Shown here in pieces: positions 61,701 to 64,000 of a DNA stretch of 64,000 bases (positions within the stretch are counted from its first letter, which is position 1; each line of letters begins with the position of its first letter). Both the position numbers and the translations under genes were made by a program. The notes under the pieces were generated by a model. It had not been told where the DNA came from, ran no database searches, and saw only the letters and a program-made list of their open reading frames with translations. The stretch covers positions 1,747 through 65,746 of the forward strand of contig NMRA01000833.1 in the NCBI GenBank assembly GCA_002633005.1, read 5' to 3'. The DNA comes from Phoronis australis (taxonomy: Eukaryota > Animalia > Phoronida).

Positions 61701-63629
61701 ACAGTTTTTGGTCGTACATGTATCTGTTGGATATCGCGTTTGGTGATTTTAGGCGCAAGAACCGACCTGGGAACTGTTCAAGATAATTACCCTTCTGTTG
61801 GCTGATGTAACATTTGTCAGATTGAAGGTTATCGGATCATCTTCGGAAGTTTCATGTGACCGAAGCATTAAATTTGTCCCATAATGACTGGTATGGTTTG
61901 ACATCACTGGTCTTTTACCGCAGCCTCCATTAAGTCCTCGCTGTACGTAAAATTTCCCGATTTAGCACTTTTCAGGAAGCCTCTGACCTAGCTCTGCACG
62001 CTTTAAGATTGGAGGAATTTGGAGGGAAATATCTCAAATCAAAAACTTGATTGGTCTATTCGTACATTAGATTAAAGGCGAAGGCAATCTTTCTCCGTGT
62101 CATTTTTAGCAAAAATAAGGTTCGTTGATTATCCCAGGCATATTTTTCACTTATTTACTGCTTTTCGTTATTTAATTATTACTCGTCGTCTACTCCGGAA
62201 GTAACTTTTTGGGAGGCAAGAATTTCTCGCCTATTTCTTTTCATATAGTGTGACTGTGAAAGCAGTCGAGTCAGTCATTGTTCTACCTCGGTTGTGATAA
62301 GTTCGGTCGTCGTTTGCTTTTGCTTACGAGTCAGTCAACATGCCACGCTGTTGCTGCGCACTGGGGTGTACTCATTATCGTCTCACGTACAGAGGAAGAA
62401 CTGTCCCACTTGCCCGAGTGTCCCGCGACACACTCCCACTGGAGGGTGATCTGAGCACCCAAACTGCTTACATCCCGCCGTGTGACTCCCTCGCCACACA
62501 CCTAGCACCTTCCAAATATCTCCAATACAAGTCCACAATAAACTTATCAAACTTAGGCTCACCGATCTGTTCATTAGATGACGAACTGTCCTCTTCACTG
62601 GGTGTCGAACTTAGCCTGTATTCACTCCCACTACTCAACATCGCTGCAGGGCTGCTTACAGGCTCTGGGCTAGAGACAACAGCACAGGGCGAATCACTGC
62701 TAGTTCCCGGAATTGCACGCAATGGGGTACGTTCGGAGGCACGGGTGACAGTAGATGAGGTGCCTCCAGTCACTGTATATAGTGGCCACCGCTCGCGAGG
62801 CGTCTCGCTTCAAAAACGCACTTCTCGGGGTTGGCGAGGGGGCACTGCCGGGAATCAACACCGACGGTATGGTACCCTTCTTCAGGGGTTGTGTTGCAGG
62901 GACCTTCATCAATTCAGCGTACAAATCTGTCATAATCTGACGGCAGAAAATGCTTGCCACACACTTGGTAACCCTCCACTGCTTTGTACGTTGCGTGAAC
63001 GGGTAGCGCTGCGTTCTTCACATGAAACGAGCTAGCCAAGTACGGCGAAGTGTGTCATCCTTCGGAAAGCTACGCAAGTTACCCAAAGCGCGTGTGAGAC
63101 AATAATGAGTACATCCCGGCACGCAGCAACAGCGTGGAATGTTGACTGACTTGTAAACAAAAGCAAACGACGACCGAACTTATCACAAACAAGGTAGAAC
63201 AATGACTGACTCGATAGCTCCCACAGTCAGACTATAATGAAAAGAAATTGGAGCGAAACTCCTCTCTCCCAAAACGTCACTTCCAGAGTAGAGGACGAGA
63301 AATTAATCAAATTACGAAAAGCTGCAATTAAGTGAAAAATGTGTCTGGGATAATCAACGAACCTTGATTTTGGTAAAAGTTACATGACAAAGTTGCCTTC
63401 GCCTTTAAAGTATTCCAGCAGGTTTATGTTTGGAAATGTTTCGCATCGCAGTGCAAGATCGTCCCTTTGTGTTATCTGAATTCACTGGTGCCTGCTTCTG
63501 TTTCAGCTGAGTCTATGGTTGCATGCGAGTCGGGAGGCCTAAAATGCCCTTCACCAAAAGTTTGTATCACTAAAACAAGGACGTGCGGCTGCAAATCTGG
63601 ATACGTGTTGTACAATGGCACATGCGAAG
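34642..63629 (+). CDS. Gene model B (5' end unresolved, 3'-partial): fibrillin-like cbEGF/EGF run followed by tandem EB/EGF-like modules; 15 exons
   Basis: Exons 34642-34776, 36676-36795, 38053-38172, 39579-39698, 39818-39952, 40977-41096, 43719-43841, 46511-46633, 49260-49382, 49537-49659, 50095-50217, 51205-51327, 57730-57852, 59746-59868, 63507-63629. All are AG/GT bounded, phase 1-1 and stop-free, with six Cys each. Confidence 0.87.
35387..35546. mobile_element. Short MITE
   Basis: Left AGGGGTGCATCCAG vs right CTAAATGCGCCACTG (imperfect TIR), flanked by GTGAC / GTGAT. Confidence 0.6.
35547..35615 (-). mobile_element. tRNA-derived SINE head
   Basis: Minus strand GTGTGACTTAGTTTGATAGG (A-box-like)...GTGGGTTCGAGTCCCAC (B box/T-arm); no convincing anticodon arm. 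Confidence 0.65.
36676..36795 (+). CDS. Gene B exon, EGF-like (EGF_3 type, no Ca-binding N-terminus)
   Basis: atgcag|AT...ACAG|gtaaat, 120 nt; [40 protein letters not shown]. Confidence 0.9.
36845..36965. repeat. Tandem repeat, about 48 bp x2.5
   Basis: CACTAAATGTTCCATCAGATGAAGCTT..CCTTGAA repeated. Confidence 0.8.
38053..38172 (+). CDS. Gene B exon, cbEGF
   Basis: ttaacag|AC...TTAG|gtaagg, 120 nt; [40 protein letters not shown]. Confidence 0.92.
38156..38570. repeat. Minisatellite, 38 bp x11, whose unit contains an exon 3' end and splice donor
   Basis: TGGTAGAGAGTGTTYAG|GTAAGGAGTTTACACATGYAC; the first copy overlaps exon 38053-38172. Confidence 0.97.
39579..39698 (+). CDS. Gene B exon, cbEGF
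   Basis: attaag|AT...GAAG|gtaata, 120 nt; [40 protein letters not shown]. Confidence 0.92.
39818..39952 (+). CDS. Gene B exon, cbEGF
   Basis: ttccag|AC...ATGG|gtaagg, 135 nt; [45 protein letters not shown]. Confidence 0.92.
40411..40889 (-). mobile_element. Non-autonomous DNA transposon end (TACCGGGA terminus, AATAAACGCC subterminal repeats), copy a
   Basis: Reverse-complement homology to 58658-59163; the TA|CCG terminus suggests the Tc1/mariner-pogo group. Confidence 0.65.
40977..41096 (+). CDS. Gene B exon, EB/EGF-like module 1
   Basis: ttgcag|AA...GAAA|gtaggt, 120 nt; [40 protein letters not shown]. Confidence 0.88.
43719..43841 (+). CDS. Gene B exon, EB/EGF-like module 2
   Basis: ttttag|GT...GAAG|gtaagc, 123 nt; [41 protein letters not shown]. 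Confidence 0.9.
44516..46364 (+). mobile_element. Kolobok relic, family 1 copy b (THAP fragment)
   Basis: TTAA|AGGAGAATGCC...GGCATTCTCCT|TAAA; [51 protein letters not shown] (about 44740-44895). Confidence 0.82.
46511..46633 (+). CDS. Gene B exon, EB/EGF-like module 3
   Basis: gttttag|AT...GACA|gtaagt, 123 nt; [41 protein letters not shown]. Confidence 0.9.
49260..49382 (+). CDS. Gene B exon, EB/EGF-like module 4
   Basis: catttag|AT...ACAG|gtaagt, 123 nt; [41 protein letters not shown]. Confidence 0.9.
49537..49659 (+). CDS. Gene B exon, EB/EGF-like module 5
   Basis: ttgcag|AG...ACGC|gtacgt, 123 nt; [41 protein letters not shown]. Confidence 0.88.
50095..50217 (+). CDS. Gene B exon, EB/EGF-like module 6
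   Basis: ctttcag|AT...GAAG|gtaagc, 123 nt; [41 protein letters not shown]. Confidence 0.9.
51205..51327 (+). CDS. Gene B exon, EB/EGF-like module 7
   Basis: tttttag|AC...GAAC|gtaagt, 123 nt; [41 protein letters not shown]. Confidence 0.9.
53459..54753 (+). mobile_element. Kolobok non-autonomous element, family 2 copy a, with inverted termini of about 275 bp
   Basis: TTAA TSDs at 53455-53458 and 54754-54757; AGG...CCT ends; THAP ([21 protein letters not shown]) and Kolobok transposase Zn region ([31 protein letters not shown]). Confidence 0.88.
56101..56257. repeat. Minisatellite, 52-53 bp x3
   Basis: GAATCATAGCRGARCTGACCAGCGACTAGCATTAGTTCGTCGAATTGCGCAT at 56101, 56153, 56206. Confidence 0.95.
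57730..57852 (+). CDS. Gene B exon, EB/EGF-like module 8
   Basis: gtttcag|CC...AAAG|gtaagc, 123 nt; [41 protein letters not shown]. Confidence 0.9.
58658..59163 (+). mobile_element. Non-autonomous DNA transposon end, copy b
   Basis: TACCGGGAATTTCCGGAGAT...CGCCCATGGGCGTTTATTTGGTG...; inverted homolog of 40411-40889. Confidence 0.65.
59746..59868 (+). CDS. Gene B exon, EB/EGF-like module 9
   Basis: ttcgcag|AT...GAAC|gtaagt, 123 nt; [41 protein letters not shown]. Confidence 0.9.
59952..61115. mobile_element. ISL2EU-type non-autonomous DNA transposon
   Basis: AT|AGCTCACTTGCGAGTTT...TTGTGACGTCACCGGAAAGGGGGCAAAA vs TTTTGCCCCACTTCCCGTGACGTCACAA...AAACTCGCAAAAGGCCT|AT. There is a decayed minus-strand THAP start (KHCCYGK*TSDSHY, about 60905-60955) and a plus-strand SAP-like start ([31 protein letters not shown], about 60074-60215). 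Confidence 0.7.
62076..63404 (-). mobile_element. Kolobok non-autonomous element, family 2 copy b (inverted relative to copy a)
   Basis: TTAA TSDs at 62072-62075 and 63405-63408; long inverted termini; minus-strand THAP (I)[60 protein letters not shown]. Confidence 0.88.
63507..63629 (+). CDS. Gene B exon, EB/EGF-like module 10
   Basis: gtttcag|CT...GAAG|gtaagt, 123 nt; [41 protein letters not shown]. Confidence 0.9.
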
Positions 63630-64000
63630 GTAAGTCAAGGAACACTCAGAACACTTTTTAATGTTTATCAATAAATCTTCAGAATACGATGAATATACAT
63701 AACCCAGAAAGCGCCAACACTCAGAGCACTGAAACGGGCAAGAATTTCGGTGTCACTTAAAAACGAGTCTGTCAACGCCAGAAATTTGTAACATTCTTGA
63801 TCCGCTAGGTGACGCTTAGCGCTATGTCCCTAATCAATTGTAACGGGGGCGGTATCTACGACCAAGGCGCCCCGATTTTACGAGCCCGGTGCGGACTGAG
63901 GGTGATGTTGAAAACTAAAAGTTGGTGAATAATACATAGGTTTATTGTAAGAATATATAACTACAATATTCCACACTTACAAGCAATCCAGTTGTTCCAT

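Noticed and set aside
62340-63035. 231-aa ORF, the longest N-free ORF in the track, as a host gene
   Set aside because: It lies wholly in a Kolobok element. Only the first 16 or so residues are THAP-like, the rest is antisense to the transposase remnant, and the frame is broken in copy a.
3076-63629. Naming the genes fibrillin, Notch, LTBP or tenascin
   Set aside because: No TB/8-Cys, LNR, ankyrin or FN3 domains are seen, and shared EGF repeats do not establish orthology.

Overview
This is AT-rich animal genomic DNA with spliceosomal introns and three N-gaps (2222-2584, 12778-13463, 22721-22806). The repeat families suggest a marine invertebrate, but the species cannot be determined from the window. 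Most ORFs in the supplied track are spurious. The real coding content is 28 short + strand exons, each encoding one Cys-rich module; 27 are phase 1-1 and the last exon of model A is terminal. Gene model A (3076-19473, no 5' end seen) has 11 EB/EGF-like modules (VPCxxGGxxCPxNxxC-x6-CxCxxGYxxxxGxC), one calcium-binding EGF and a terminal chitin-binding CBM14/peritrophin-A domain with an atypical Cys pattern, followed by a stop and AATAAA. Gene model B (34642-63629, running off the right edge) has 5 EGF/cbEGF exons and then 10 modules of the same EB/EGF-like type, which grew by two-exon duplications. No intact start exon was found for B, only decayed candidates. Introns and intergenic DNA hold transposon relics (Kolobok x4 including a KolX/P2X7-ballast-like fragment, Academ, ISL2EU x2, L2/Crack-type LINEs, a Gypsy tail, MITEs, a tRNA-SINE head, a Helentron-like repeat array) and many minisatellites. 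One minisatellite has amplified an exon's 5' splice donor ten times. No rRNA, intact tRNA or CRISPR array is supported.
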